A DNA stretch of 64,000 nt from Patescibacteria group bacterium (GCA_038064195.1 JBBTTO010000004.1:2357-66356); one strand, 5' to 3'. Shown: positions 19,608 through 29,115, numbered from the stretch's first letter. Translations and numbers: made by a program. The notes: generated from the sequence alone by a model not told the origin.

Positions 19608-21047
19608 ATGGAAATAACACATCATATAAAACAAATAAACAATACGCTCTGGAAAGTCCCGGTCTCATTTCTTGACGGAATGCAGGTGCCGGTCTTCTTC
19701 TTTTTGGATGAAAAGACTCTCGATGATGTTTTGAAAACAGAGCTCGTTGACTACTTAGCAACGATTGCCACACTCCCGGGTATAAAACAAGCGGTTATAG
19801 CTTTGCCAAACTTGAGCCGAACAGATGGTGTTCCAAGCGGGGTGGTTATTGCATCAGATGCAATTGATGGATTTATTTTCCCAGCAGCAGTTGGTTATGA
19901 TATCAACTGTGGAGTCAGGATTTTACGAGCTGATTGCACAGAGGATGAGATAAAATCATCTACCCTAAAACTAGCAAGTCAACTCTTTCGCGAGATTCAT
20001 TCCACCATTGGCCATACACCTTCAATCAAGATTGGCACGGATAAGCTTGATAAGGTCTTACAGGAAGGGGCACATCGTCTCATCAAGGATGGTTTTGGAG
20101 AGGAAGTTGATTCCCATTATGTAGAATCGTTTGGCGTGCTTGAAAATGCAGATCCGCAAGCAATTTCTCAACATGCCAAGAAGAAAGGACGCGAACAGCT
20201 GGGTACATTAGGAGACGGAAGCCACTTTATCCAAATTGACAAGATAACTGAGATTTTCGATGAAGATGCAGCAAATGCATATAACATAAACAAGGGCCAA
20301 CTGATTATTCTTATTCATTCAGACTCAAGAGATCTTGGCCATCAGGTAGCAATTGAAGAGATCCATAAGGTCAAAGAGGAAATGACAAGATACTATAAAG
20401 GATCGGTGCCTTTTGAACTCAGCGGTGTTCCTGTCTCTTCTTTGGAAGGACAGAGATGTTTCAATGCCATGGCTGCAGCTGCAAATTTTGCCTTTGCCAA
20501 CAGGCAAATACTAACACATGAGCTTCGAAAGATATGGAAAGATATTCTGGGTAAATCATGCGGGTCGCTTCACGTGCTTTATGACCATGCACATAATCTT
20601 GCCAAACTTGAGTCTCATATGATTGAAGGACGAAAAGAGAGGCTTTTAGTTCATCGCAGAGGTGCAACACGTGCATTTGGACCAGAATCTTCTGAACTCC
20701 CGGCTGATTATCAGCCAGTTGGACAACCTCTCGTGCTTCTTGGAGCAATGGGAACACCCTCATATCTTCTGAGAGGGTCAGGGCTTGAACAGACATTCGC
20801 TTCAAGTAGCCACGGAGTCGGAAGAGTCATATCATTTACTCGCGGAAGAAAAGATATACAGGGGTCAGTTACAGTAGAAAGTCTTACAACAAAAGGTGTT
20901 ACTGTAGAAGTAGAAACACTTGCAGACATAGGAGGAGATGATCCAAAAACATATAAAAACGTCAACTCAGCTCTTCATATTTTGCAAGCGTCGGGCATTG
21001 CGTATCCCGTTGCACGGCTAGAACCAATTGTCATCGATAAAGGATGA
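19608..21047 (+). CDS. rtcB: RNA-splicing ligase RtcB (paralog 1)
   Basis: GYDINCGVRIL, HRRGATRAF, GAMGT.SY and SSHGVGR motifs. Confidence 0.9.
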   Translation: MEITHHIKQINNTLWKVPVSFLDGMQVPVFFFLDEKTLDDVLKTELVDYLATIATLPGIKQAVIALPNLSRTDGVPSGVVIASDAIDGFIFPAAVGYDINCGVRILRADCTEDEIKSSTLKLASQLFREIHSTIGHTPSIKIGTDKLDKVLQEGAHRLIKDGFGEEVDSHYVESFGVLENADPQAISQHAKKKGREQLGTLGDGSHFIQIDKITEIFDEDAANAYNINKGQLIILIHSDSRDLGHQVAIEEIHKVKEEMTRYYKGSVPFELSGVPVSSLEGQRCFNAMAAAANFAFANRQILTHELRKIWKDILGKSCGSLHVLYDHAHNLAKLESHMIEGRKERLLVHRRGATRAFGPESSELPADYQPVGQPLVLLGAMGTPSYLLRGSGLEQTFASSSHGVGRVISFTRGRKDIQGSVTVESLTTKGVTVEVETLADIGGDDPKTYKNVNSALHILQASGIAYPVARLEPIVIDKG

Positions 21048-21921
21048 GGGATTGGAGAAAAGTATGGATTATTTAATATTATTCATCTCAATACTCTTTT
21101 TTGTACAAATACTTATTCCTTTTGTGCAAAAAAGTCTTCTTTGGCGAAGACGACAATCTTTAATACGCACGCTTGAGCAAAAGAGGAAATCCAGAGTGAT
21201 TACACTGATTCATAGACAAGAGACATTGAGTCTCCTTGGAATTCCAATAACACGCTATATTGATATCGAAGATTCTGAGCAAGTTCTCAATGCGATACGC
21301 ATGACTCCACCCCACAAGGCGATCGACATAATTCTTCATACGCCCGGGGGGCTCGTTCTGGCAGCAGAGCAAATTGCATTCGCATTGAAGCTGCATGAGG
21401 GAAAGATAAGGGTCATTGTTCCACACTATGCTATGTCCGGGGGGACAATGATAGCCTTGGCTTCGGACAAGATCATTATGAGTCGTGCTGCTGCTTTAGG
21501 GTCGCTCGATCCCGTGCTTGGAAGTCCAGGCATAGGATATTACCCTGCGGCTTCTATTGTTCATGCCCTAAGCGTTCCCAATAGAAATCGAGAGGATACA
21601 ACCTTAATTTTGGGAGATATAGCTAAAAAAGGGTTAGATCAAATATATAAGTCTGTTTTTAAATTACTAAGTAAGCATTTTGATGAAAAAAAAGCGTCGT
21701 CACTGGCCTTCACCTTGACACAAGGGAGATGGACGCATGACCATCCGCTTTTTTTCGAACAAGTTAAAGATTTGGGATTACCTGTTACAGACAATGTTCC
21801 TAACGAAATTTATGAACTTATGCAACTTTACTCTCAGCCAACACGGATGAGAGGTGGGGTTGAGTTTATTCCCTCACCCTATGTAGCTCCCGCCCAAAAA
21901 CCAAAGGAGAAGAAAGAATGA
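21028..21921 (+). CDS. membrane-anchored Clp-fold serine protease (SDH/S49-like)
   Basis: N-terminal TM; ILHTPGGLVLAAEQIA...HYAMSGGTMIALASDKIIM..LGSLDP motifs. Confidence 0.6.
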   Translation: MSSIKDEGLEKSMDYLILFISILFFVQILIPFVQKSLLWRRRQSLIRTLEQKRKSRVITLIHRQETLSLLGIPITRYIDIEDSEQVLNAIRMTPPHKAIDIILHTPGGLVLAAEQIAFALKLHEGKIRVIVPHYAMSGGTMIALASDKIIMSRAAALGSLDPVLGSPGIGYYPAASIVHALSVPNRNREDTTLILGDIAKKGLDQIYKSVFKLLSKHFDEKKASSLAFTLTQGRWTHDHPLFFEQVKDLGLPVTDNVPNEIYELMQLYSQPTRMRGGVEFIPSPYVAPAQKPKEKKE

Positions 21922-22334
21922 AAACATTTACGATTATTCCACATACCGCAGATGTACGATTGAGGATTGAGGCAGACTCGCTTGAGAAACTTTTTGTAAG
22001 CTCCCTGAAGGGTATGAATAGAATATTGAATAAGGAATATGAGAAATACCTAGATAAGCATCCTATTCTCGAGGAGGTTTCTGTGACATCTTATGACAAA
22101 ACATCACTTTTGATTGATTTTCTCTCTGAAATTTTGACACGTTCTCATATGCATAAAGCAATTTTTCATACCATTGACCATTTCGGGATAGAAGGTAACT
22201 CTCTTCATGCCCATCTATTAGGAGCACCGGTGGATAAATTTACAGAAGACATAAAAGCTGTTACTTACCATGAGGCAGAGGTTAAAAAAAATGACAAAGG
22301 CGAATATGAGACAACTATTGTGTTTGATATTTGA
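21918..22334 (+). CDS. archease (RtcB activator)
   Basis: MKTFTIIPHTADVRLRIEADSLEKLF N-terminus and 138-aa size; 4-nt overlaps with both neighbours. Confidence 0.7.
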   Translation: MKTFTIIPHTADVRLRIEADSLEKLFVSSLKGMNRILNKEYEKYLDKHPILEEVSVTSYDKTSLLIDFLSEILTRSHMHKAIFHTIDHFGIEGNSLHAHLLGAPVDKFTEDIKAVTYHEAEVKKNDKGEYETTIVFDI

Positions 22335-22378
22335 TTTCAGAATACTCGAAAAACTCATCGAATCAGACTGAATATATT

Positions 22379-23827
22379 ATGAGTATCGATAAAAGCAATT
22401 TCAAAAAAATAAATGCTTATACCTGGCAGATACCTCAAACATTTAGAAGTGATATGCGTGTGCCGGCAATAATTTTCGCTAGCGAGAAGATGCTTGACGA
22501 CATTTTACAAGATAGGTCAATAGAACAACTTATCAATGTCACAACGCTTCCAGGTATCCGTAAGGCAGCACTTGTGATGCCTGACGCGCATGAAGGGTAC
22601 GGATTCCCAATTGGAGGTGTTGCTGCAACAAGCTTCCCAAATGGTGCTATTTCTCCAGGCGGTATTGGCTATGATATCAACTGCGGAGTCAAACTGCTTA
22701 AATCAGACCTCGAGGCATCCTCGCTCAATCACCACCAGGGGTTGCTTGCTAGAAGATTGTACGAGGAAATTCCATCTGGCGTTGGGCATGGTGGAAGACT
22801 GACATTGATTGAAAAACGGCTCGATGAGGTATTGGTAAAAGGAGCAGCATGGATAGTTGATAACGGATATGGGGAAAAGGAAGACATCCATTTTATTGAA
22901 TCTGAAGGATGTTTAGACAATGCTGATCCACAAGCTGTCTCAGATCACGCCAAAAAAAGAGGCAAAGATCAGTTGGGAACACTGGGTGCCGGAAATCACT
23001 TTGTTGAGGTTGATGTTATTGATGAAATTTTTGATGAGACTATTGCATCTACTTTTGGTTTGTCTCTCAATCAAGTCGTGGTACTCATCCATACAGGCTC
23101 CCGGGGACTTGGCCATCAAGTCGCAACCGATTATATCCGTATCATGAATCAATCCATGACAAAATACGGTATTAATGTTCCTGATCGAGAACTTGCCTGC
23201 GCTCCCTTATCTTCTCCTGAAGGAACAGCTTACTTCAATGCGATGGCTGCTAGTGCCAACTTTGCCTTTGCAAATAGAGAGTTGATAGCGTGGGAGGTCA
23301 GAAAAGTGTTTAAGGAAATGTTTGGAGAAAGACTCTCAACGCTTTATGACGTTGCTCACAATATCGCTAAAATTGAAGAGCATGTCATTAATGAAAAAAA
23401 ACGAAGCAGAAAAAAAGTAATTGTTCACAGAAAAGGTGCAACACGTGCATTTGGGCCAAATAGTCCTGAACTTATCGACGAATATAGTCTAACCGGTCAA
23501 CCAGTACTGATCCCGGGAAGTATGGGAACAGCATCATATGTTCTTGCGGGAACTACAGAGGCAATGGAGTTATCGTTTGGATCATGTTGCCATGGAGCAG
23601 GGAGAACATTATCCCGCCATGCTGCCAAAGCACAGATTTCAGGGAAAAAATTAAAGATAGATTTAGAAGAACAAGGAATATTTATTCAGGCCGGGTCAAT
23701 TTCAGACCTTGCTGAAGAAGCACCACTGGCCTACAAGAACATCCATGATGTTGTAGATGTCGTTGATAAAGTAGGGATTGCGAAAAAGGTTGCCAGGCTG
23801 AGACCTGCTGTTGTGGTCAAAGGGTAG
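22379..23827 (+). CDS. rtcB: RNA-splicing ligase RtcB (paralog 2)
   Basis: GYDINCGVKLL, HRKGATRAFGP and SCCHGAGR motifs; ORF-track start 22331 is TTG, first ATG at 22379. Confidence 0.9.
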   Translation: MSIDKSNFKKINAYTWQIPQTFRSDMRVPAIIFASEKMLDDILQDRSIEQLINVTTLPGIRKAALVMPDAHEGYGFPIGGVAATSFPNGAISPGGIGYDINCGVKLLKSDLEASSLNHHQGLLARRLYEEIPSGVGHGGRLTLIEKRLDEVLVKGAAWIVDNGYGEKEDIHFIESEGCLDNADPQAVSDHAKKRGKDQLGTLGAGNHFVEVDVIDEIFDETIASTFGLSLNQVVVLIHTGSRGLGHQVATDYIRIMNQSMTKYGINVPDRELACAPLSSPEGTAYFNAMAASANFAFANRELIAWEVRKVFKEMFGERLSTLYDVAHNIAKIEEHVINEKKRSRKKVIVHRKGATRAFGPNSPELIDEYSLTGQPVLIPGSMGTASYVLAGTTEAMELSFGSCCHGAGRTLSRHAAKAQISGKKLKIDLEEQGIFIQAGSISDLAEEAPLAYKNIHDVVDVVDKVGIAKKVARLRPAVVVKG

Positions 23828-23881
23828 TATGAGGAATCAGAACCATCAACCAACGCAGTATAAAAATTACAAGTAGGAAAT

Positions 23882-24115
23882 ATGGGGAAAGCTAAACAAA
23901 TACAAAAATATCTGCCTTATGTTCCTTTGTGGGAGTTAGAGATAGAAGAGCTTACTGGTCATAATATAGAAATGCAAGGAAGGCAGGATGTAAATAAGCT
24001 GCTCAAAGCGGGGTGGATTTTGCTACATATTTACACGCTTCGTTATCAAGAAGACGGGGTATGGAGGGAGCGGCCAATGGCAATCTTAGGAAAACCAAAA
24101 AGGGGCAAACGTTAA
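23882..24115 (+). CDS. small hypothetical protein
   Basis: 77-aa ORF with AGGAAA RBS 4 nt upstream. Confidence 0.35.
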   Translation: MGKAKQIQKYLPYVPLWELEIEELTGHNIEMQGRQDVNKLLKAGWILLHIYTLRYQEDGVWRERPMAILGKPKRGKR

Positions 24116-24223
24116 TTTTATATTTAAACGTCTTAGAGCTTCTCCTGTATACGATGGATTAATTCTCAATCTTTAAAAGACTGGAAAAAATCTGTGACCT
24201 AAATCACTTTCATTCTTTGATTA

Positions 24224-24706
24224 TTGTCAATGCGAAATACCCTCTTCCTAACGTATTATATTATTATGCATTTTACAATTACGACAAAGCTATTCCATAT
24301 TTCAGATAAAGACTGTCAGTATATAGAAAAACTAGTAAAAAAACTTTTGCAGCTCACACCTTGGAAGGAACCAGACTACCCGCTTCTTGACATACTCCTC
24401 CGAAAGCACAGGAAGAAAAGCCTTGATCATATTGAAAAAAGGCTTATTTTGGAAGGTGCTATACAACCCAAACACGGACACGAAACAATTGATAATCCTG
24501 TATATTATGACGGCACTTTAGATCTTATTCTTCCAAAGAAACGTATTGTGGCAAATATGCTGGGTAAAACAGTACATGAGGCTCTCAAAGATGGGTTTGA
24601 CGAGTTGTTCCTGGAACTTGATAAGTATAAGGGACTACATTTTGCTAATGACAGCGAGTATTACAACCATAGGACAATTCGACAAAATAGGAAAGAAATC
24701 TTATGA
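24224..24706 (+). CDS. hypothetical protein, translationally coupled to the eRF1-like gene
   Basis: 160-aa ORF; its stop overlaps the next ATG (ATGA). Confidence 0.45.
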   Translation: MSMRNTLFLTYYIIMHFTITTKLFHISDKDCQYIEKLVKKLLQLTPWKEPDYPLLDILLRKHRKKSLDHIEKRLILEGAIQPKHGHETIDNPVYYDGTLDLILPKKRIVANMLGKTVHEALKDGFDELFLELDKYKGLHFANDSEYYNHRTIRQNRKEIL

Positions 24707-25164
24707 AAACGATGCAAAAACATAACAAATATTTAGTACTTCTAGTAGATAGAAAACGTGCTCGAATGTTTACCATGAGTAATGGCGTTGTTGAGGCAGA
24801 TGAAGAGCTGATCATTAATGACGTTCCGCAGAAGGTAAAGCACGGCGATGATACTTGGGATGCACAGAATAAAATCTTTCGCCATATCGAAGATCATTTA
24901 CACCGACACTTAACGCTTATTGCCCAAAATACGGCTTCTTACGCTAAGAAAAATAATATAAACAGAGTAATAATTGGAAGTCACAAACCGTTATTTTCAA
25001 AAATCAAAAAACATCTTCCCTATCCGCTTAATAAAAAAGTAGAAGGAACATTTGTTACAGAGCTTAAAGCACCGTTTGGTGAGATAGTCAAGCGGGCAAA
25101 AAATTGCATTGAAAGAGTTGAGGGTAGCGAGGAGGTAAAAAGATATGAAAAATACTTTGCTTAG
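24703..25164 (+). CDS. Host_attach / bacterial eRF1-like (baeRF) family protein
   Basis: YLVLLVDRKRARMF N-terminus and mid-region RHIEDHLHRHL...NRVIIGSH...IKKHLP pattern. Confidence 0.5.
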   Translation: MKTMQKHNKYLVLLVDRKRARMFTMSNGVVEADEELIINDVPQKVKHGDDTWDAQNKIFRHIEDHLHRHLTLIAQNTASYAKKNNINRVIIGSHKPLFSKIKKHLPYPLNKKVEGTFVTELKAPFGEIVKRAKNCIERVEGSEEVKRYEKYFA

Positions 25165-25528
25165 AATAGATACTATTCTTTTTTGGTTACCAAAAATTCT
25201 TGCAATATTATTTATAGGCTTTCTTGCTATCTTTGCATTTGATGTTTTTGAACCACGGGAATCTATTGTGTATGTGATCGGAGCATTTCTTATCCACCTT
25301 ATTCCAAATTTTATTCTCGCAATACTATTGTTTATCGCTTGGAAAAAAGAAAAGCTGGGAGGAGCACTTTTTATACTACTCGCGTTCGTCTTTACAATCT
25401 ATTTCCGAACCTACACACACTTCGTAAACTTTTTACTAGTCTCCTTCCCTGTATTTTTAATTGGAGCATTATTTCTCTTGCATACATATCTGATTGAAAA
25501 AAGGGGAGGAATATATGAAAAAGATTAG
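25145..25528 (+). CDS. hypothetical membrane protein
   Basis: 127 aa with four hydrophobic segments. Confidence 0.5.
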   Translation: MKNTLLRIDTILFWLPKILAILFIGFLAIFAFDVFEPRESIVYVIGAFLIHLIPNFILAILLFIAWKKEKLGGALFILLAFVFTIYFRTYTHFVNFLLVSFPVFLIGALFLLHTYLIEKRGGIYEKD

Positions 25529-25599
25529 AGGCGCTCGAACCTGCAATAAAACCCGACTTGACGGGACAAATAGCTCCTCTCGAAGCCATTAGTAAATCT

Positions 25600-25673
25600 T
25601 GGCTGCGGGACATGGATTCGAACCATGGTAAACGGATCCAAAGTCCGTTGTCCTACCTTTAGACGATCCCGCA
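25600..25673 (-). tRNA. tRNA-Gln (anticodon UUG)
   Basis: cloverleaf with U1-A72, anticodon loop CUUUGGA, T-arm CATGG-TTCGAAT-CCATG, 3' GCCA. Confidence 0.85.
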
Positions 25674-25676
25674 AAG

Positions 25677-25916
25677 TTATTTGAGCCTTCGATTAAGATA
25701 AGCTCTTCCAAAACCAGTTTTCAGCTGTTTTTCTCTGTTAATTGCAGCTGATTTCTTCAGACATGCTTCGTAATAAACAAGAGCAAAAGGTATTCTTAGT
25801 CTAGTCGAGCTGACATTCCCTAAATTATGCTCATTTATCCGAGAAACCAAGTCATCAGTCCAACCAATGTATAATTCATTATCCTTTTTACTCTTCAATA
25901 CGTATGTATAAAACAT
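25677..25916 (-). CDS. GIY-YIG nuclease family protein
   Basis: MFYTYVLKS..ELYIGWTDDLVSRINEHN GIY-YIG core; start taken at the internal ATG with AAAGG RBS. Confidence 0.7.
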   Translation of the reverse strand: MFYTYVLKSKKDNELYIGWTDDLVSRINEHNLGNVSSTRLRIPFALVYYEACLKKSAAINREKQLKTGFGRAYLNRRLK

Positions 25917-25934
25917 ACCTTTAGACGACCCGCC
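25916..25934 (-). repeat. duplicated 5' fragment of tRNA-Gln
   Basis: GCGGGTCGTCTAAAGGTA matches tRNA-Gln 5' end GCGGGATCGTCTAAAGGTA at 18/19. Confidence 0.6.
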
Positions 25935-26293
25935 TGCAGCGCTATGCAAGCGAAGCGCACCATTGCGAGCAGGTCCCGCAGTGTACCCAATATTGTAGCA
26001 TACAATAGCCTCAAAATGGAGGTTTTTAGGTATTATGGAGATCAAGTGGCTCATAAATCCACCCCATAGTTTGACCTTGATATCCCTTTTTGTTATTATC
26101 TCCCCACTCAAGATAAGTATTGATGGGCAATTGCGTTCATTTTTTGCTACTTGAGTATATTTTACATATTTCGCTCGTTTACATATTCAGTTGTTTGTAA
26201 TTAGTTCTTCAAGCTGCATCCACGAGGTCTCTCCTAAGGCTTGGTGGGTGCAGCTTGCACCGGGGTAACTTCGTCGTATCCAGGAGGATAAAC

Positions 26294-26827
26294 ATGACAC
26301 GCAGATCCAAGCCCGGTGAGAGTCAGTCTCCAACCGAAACTACGAGTCAGGATGTGGTGGAAACGCCCACAAAATCCGAGGACGACAAGGTCGCTCGTCC
26401 AAGGAGTGTAACTCACTACCGATGCTCTTTCTGCAATAAAGGCCAGGAAGAGGTCCGGCGTCTCATCGCCGGCCCGAATCGGGTCTACATCTGCGACGAA
26501 TGTGTGCAGCTCTGCCGCGAGATTATCGAAGAGGAGGAACCCGCAAAAGCGGTCATTCAAGATGCCCGCCGGCGTGCGCAGCAGAACGTGGAGAGCCTCA
26601 AAACCACACAACGTCTCCTGAGCGCTGCTCAAACCCTGCTGGAACCCGCATCGATGAATGACGGATTCGTTTCCGACGAGCTGCGTAAGCAGCTTGAGAC
26701 ACAATGCGTCCAGGCCATCCAGAAGGCCGGCGCTAGCTTCGGCCTGAAGTTGGTTCCCGTCGAAGACGCAACTCCGACAGCGGACGAGGCGGGCAGCCAG
26801 AATGGCATCGACGATACCACGGAGTAA
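26294..26827 (+). CDS. stand-alone ClpX-type C4 zinc-finger (ZBD) domain protein
   Basis: [31 protein letters not shown] almost identical in pattern to the ClpX N-terminal ZBD; AGGAGG RBS; ~60% GC. Confidence 0.7.
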   Translation: MTRRSKPGESQSPTETTSQDVVETPTKSEDDKVARPRSVTHYRCSFCNKGQEEVRRLIAGPNRVYICDECVQLCREIIEEEEPAKAVIQDARRRAQQNVESLKTTQRLLSAAQTLLEPASMNDGFVSDELRKQLETQCVQAIQKAGASFGLKLVPVEDATPTADEAGSQNGIDDTTE

Positions 26828-26983
26828 CAGCTGATTCATGCGAGAGAAAGCACCCCACTGATTCCGAAAGGAGTCTCTCCACGAAAGTGGTATTCGAAAG
26901 AGTAGGGGTGTTTTTGCTATTTATATGCAATTGAAAATATATTACGAAAATAAGAACTTCCGACATTGCTAACTAATACTAGC

Positions 26984-28495
26984 TTAGGTTTGAGGGTTTT
27001 TCTCTCTCACAAATATCCCGCTTGAGGCGTCTTCATAGACTTTTTTCCATCTGCCCTCATACACTAATTGATTGAGACGATTGTAAAGCGGCTTGCTTGA
27101 GCTGATAAAGACAGTATCGTAGTCAGAATGATCTATATCAGTGAAATTCTGTTCGTAGTCATAATACTCTTTAAAGGCACTGTGGTCTTTGTCATCCACC
27201 CACAAATGCATCCTGCCGTCCATACTCGGCTTTATGTCCCGATAATTCCAGATCAGCCATCCCCCCCAGCCATAATAGGTATAAAGATGCCCCTTATCAG
27301 GCATTTTTTCTAAAAACCTCGCTGCTTGAGGAGAGCAGTCAGTGGCATAGCCGCAAAAATCATCCCACGTCATCTGCGTATACTCTGTGAACGGATACTT
27401 CAAGTAACTGACAAATGCGATATAAACAATAAAAAGAATAGTCGGGACGATAAAACGAACCCTTCTGGACTCAGGCTTGATAAATGCAACCAACGGCTTA
27501 AGGTAGGGAAAAGCGAAATAGTACGCCGACCAGCTATAGCGTTTAACTGCAAATGACAGAATATAAAAAACACCCCCACCAAGAGTTGTCGGTACTATTT
27601 CTGAGACTTTTTTCTTGAGGATATACCACACCAATCCGACAAGCGTGACAACCAGAATTAAAATATGATTCAGCCAAGGCATTGATAACTCAGCTGCGGG
27701 CACATATTCACTGACAGCTTTAAGTAAAGGATTGCGGAAATGAAGAAAAGCATCCGTATAGACAGCGCTCCCAAACGGGTTGAGAAGGGGAGTGAGTAGG
27801 ACAAGAATACCGACAAGGATGATCTCTCTACTTTGGCTCAAAGTCGCTTTCACTTTGTAGCCTTGCTCTCTGAAGCTAAAGAGGATTCGGGATGCAGCCC
27901 AAAAAGCAAAAACAGCTGTCCCCAAAATATACTGCCCGTGCATATTGGCCCAGATCCAAAAAAGGATAGGGACAAGATAAAGGGCCTTAGTTGACCCGCG
28001 TTCAAATTTACTGAGTAAATACACAAGCAGTCCGAGCAACATCATACTGACCAGCTGACCTCGAAATGAGACGTTATTAATAGAGCGCTCGATGTAGGCA
28101 AGGACGGGGAAAATAAAAGCCTTCTCCCAAAAATCCAGTTCCCATGCAAGAGCAAAGAAGACAAAGGTCAGCATGACAACTACTGAACCCGCAATCGTCA
28201 ACCCCCAAAATCCACCAAGCGCGAAAATCGCATAATAAAAAAGATCTATCCCCCAGGAGATATTCGCCCAGGCAAAGCCGGCCATGTCAGTTGAGAACGT
28301 ATTGGTGCGGGCGACAGAATGGGTCGCAAAGAACTCCTGACCGTATCTCAGATGCCACCCGAGATCAGCATCTACAGGACGGCTCAATGACGCAATAAAA
28401 ATAAAAATACACGGGAGGAGGATTGAAGTAAGCTTAACGATAATTTTTCCCATAAATTCTTTGCGAATTATAGAGGAGAAGAAGCCAGCACGCAA
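26984..28495 (-). CDS. polytopic membrane protein, possible GT-C-type glycosyltransferase
   Basis: More than 10 TM segments with an early-loop PVDADLGWHL acidic motif and a C-terminal soluble domain. Confidence 0.4.
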   Translation of the reverse strand: MRAGFFSSIIRKEFMGKIIVKLTSILLPCIFIFIASLSRPVDADLGWHLRYGQEFFATHSVARTNTFSTDMAGFAWANISWGIDLFYYAIFALGGFWGLTIAGSVVVMLTFVFFALAWELDFWEKAFIFPVLAYIERSINNVSFRGQLVSMMLLGLLVYLLSKFERGSTKALYLVPILFWIWANMHGQYILGTAVFAFWAASRILFSFREQGYKVKATLSQSREIILVGILVLLTPLLNPFGSAVYTDAFLHFRNPLLKAVSEYVPAAELSMPWLNHILILVVTLVGLVWYILKKKVSEIVPTTLGGGVFYILSFAVKRYSWSAYYFAFPYLKPLVAFIKPESRRVRFIVPTILFIVYIAFVSYLKYPFTEYTQMTWDDFCGYATDCSPQAARFLEKMPDKGHLYTYYGWGGWLIWNYRDIKPSMDGRMHLWVDDKDHSAFKEYYDYEQNFTDIDHSDYDTVFISSSKPLYNRLNQLVYEGRWKKVYEDASSGIFVREKNPQT

Positions 28496-28499
28496 TAAA

Positions 28500-28943
28500 C
28501 TATTTCGTCCGCTCGTAAAGACCAGTCAACTCTGCTTGGTCAAGAATATGATTTTTCATGGCTGAAGTAACTTGCTCCAAAACTGCCTTGCCGGGCAAAT
28601 CCAACAGACTGTCAAGTGCGTAGAGCTTGAAATGATAATGATGGACTCCTGACGGGGGACAGGGGCCACCGTACCCGGGCTTTCCAAAGCTTGTGATACC
28701 TTCCTGATCAGACGATAGCCTCTGACTCTCTGTAAAACCTTTTATGTGCGGATCAATGTTATACACCAACCAATGCAGCCACGTTCCGCCCGGTGCATCA
28801 GGGTCATCGACAATAAGTGTCAAACTCTCAGCAGATTGAGGAATCTCCAGGAAAGAAAGGGGAGGACTCATATTCTCTCCGTCACAGGTGTATTGCGAGG
28901 GTATTTTTTGGTTATTTAAGAAAGCCGGACTTGTAATTGTCAT
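28500..28943 (-). CDS. YbhB/YbcL family PEBP (Raf-kinase-inhibitor-like) protein
   Basis: LIVDDPDAPGGTWLHW and HHYHFKLYALD motifs. Confidence 0.8.
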   Translation of the reverse strand: MTITSPAFLNNQKIPSQYTCDGENMSPPLSFLEIPQSAESLTLIVDDPDAPGGTWLHWLVYNIDPHIKGFTESQRLSSDQEGITSFGKPGYGGPCPPSGVHHYHFKLYALDSLLDLPGKAVLEQVTSAMKNHILDQAELTGLYERTK

Positions 28944-29095
28944 TTTATGAGAGTATGAGATAGTGTATCACGACTATATAAGAAAACTGTAAGCAAAAGA
29001 ACTCCAATAGGACAATGCTACAGGAAACCATTTCATAATTAGGTGACAGCCTTTTTTCTTTAAATTGCAACAAGGCATTTCATGCGCGGGCCGCT

Positions 29096-29105
29096 TTTGC
29101 TATAA
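29096..29105 (+). promoter_or_regulatory. extended -10 promoter (TGcTATAAT) for the tRNA-Gly/Phe unit
   Basis: tgctataat lies 10 nt upstream of the tRNA-Gly 5' end. Confidence 0.45.
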
Positions 29106-29115
29106 TAGTGTAGTC

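Noticed and set aside
26234-26839. 201-aa minus-strand ORF covering the whole high-GC islet
   Set aside because: Antisense to the ClpX-ZBD gene. Long stop-free frames are expected by chance in 60% GC DNA. No RBS or recognisable motifs.
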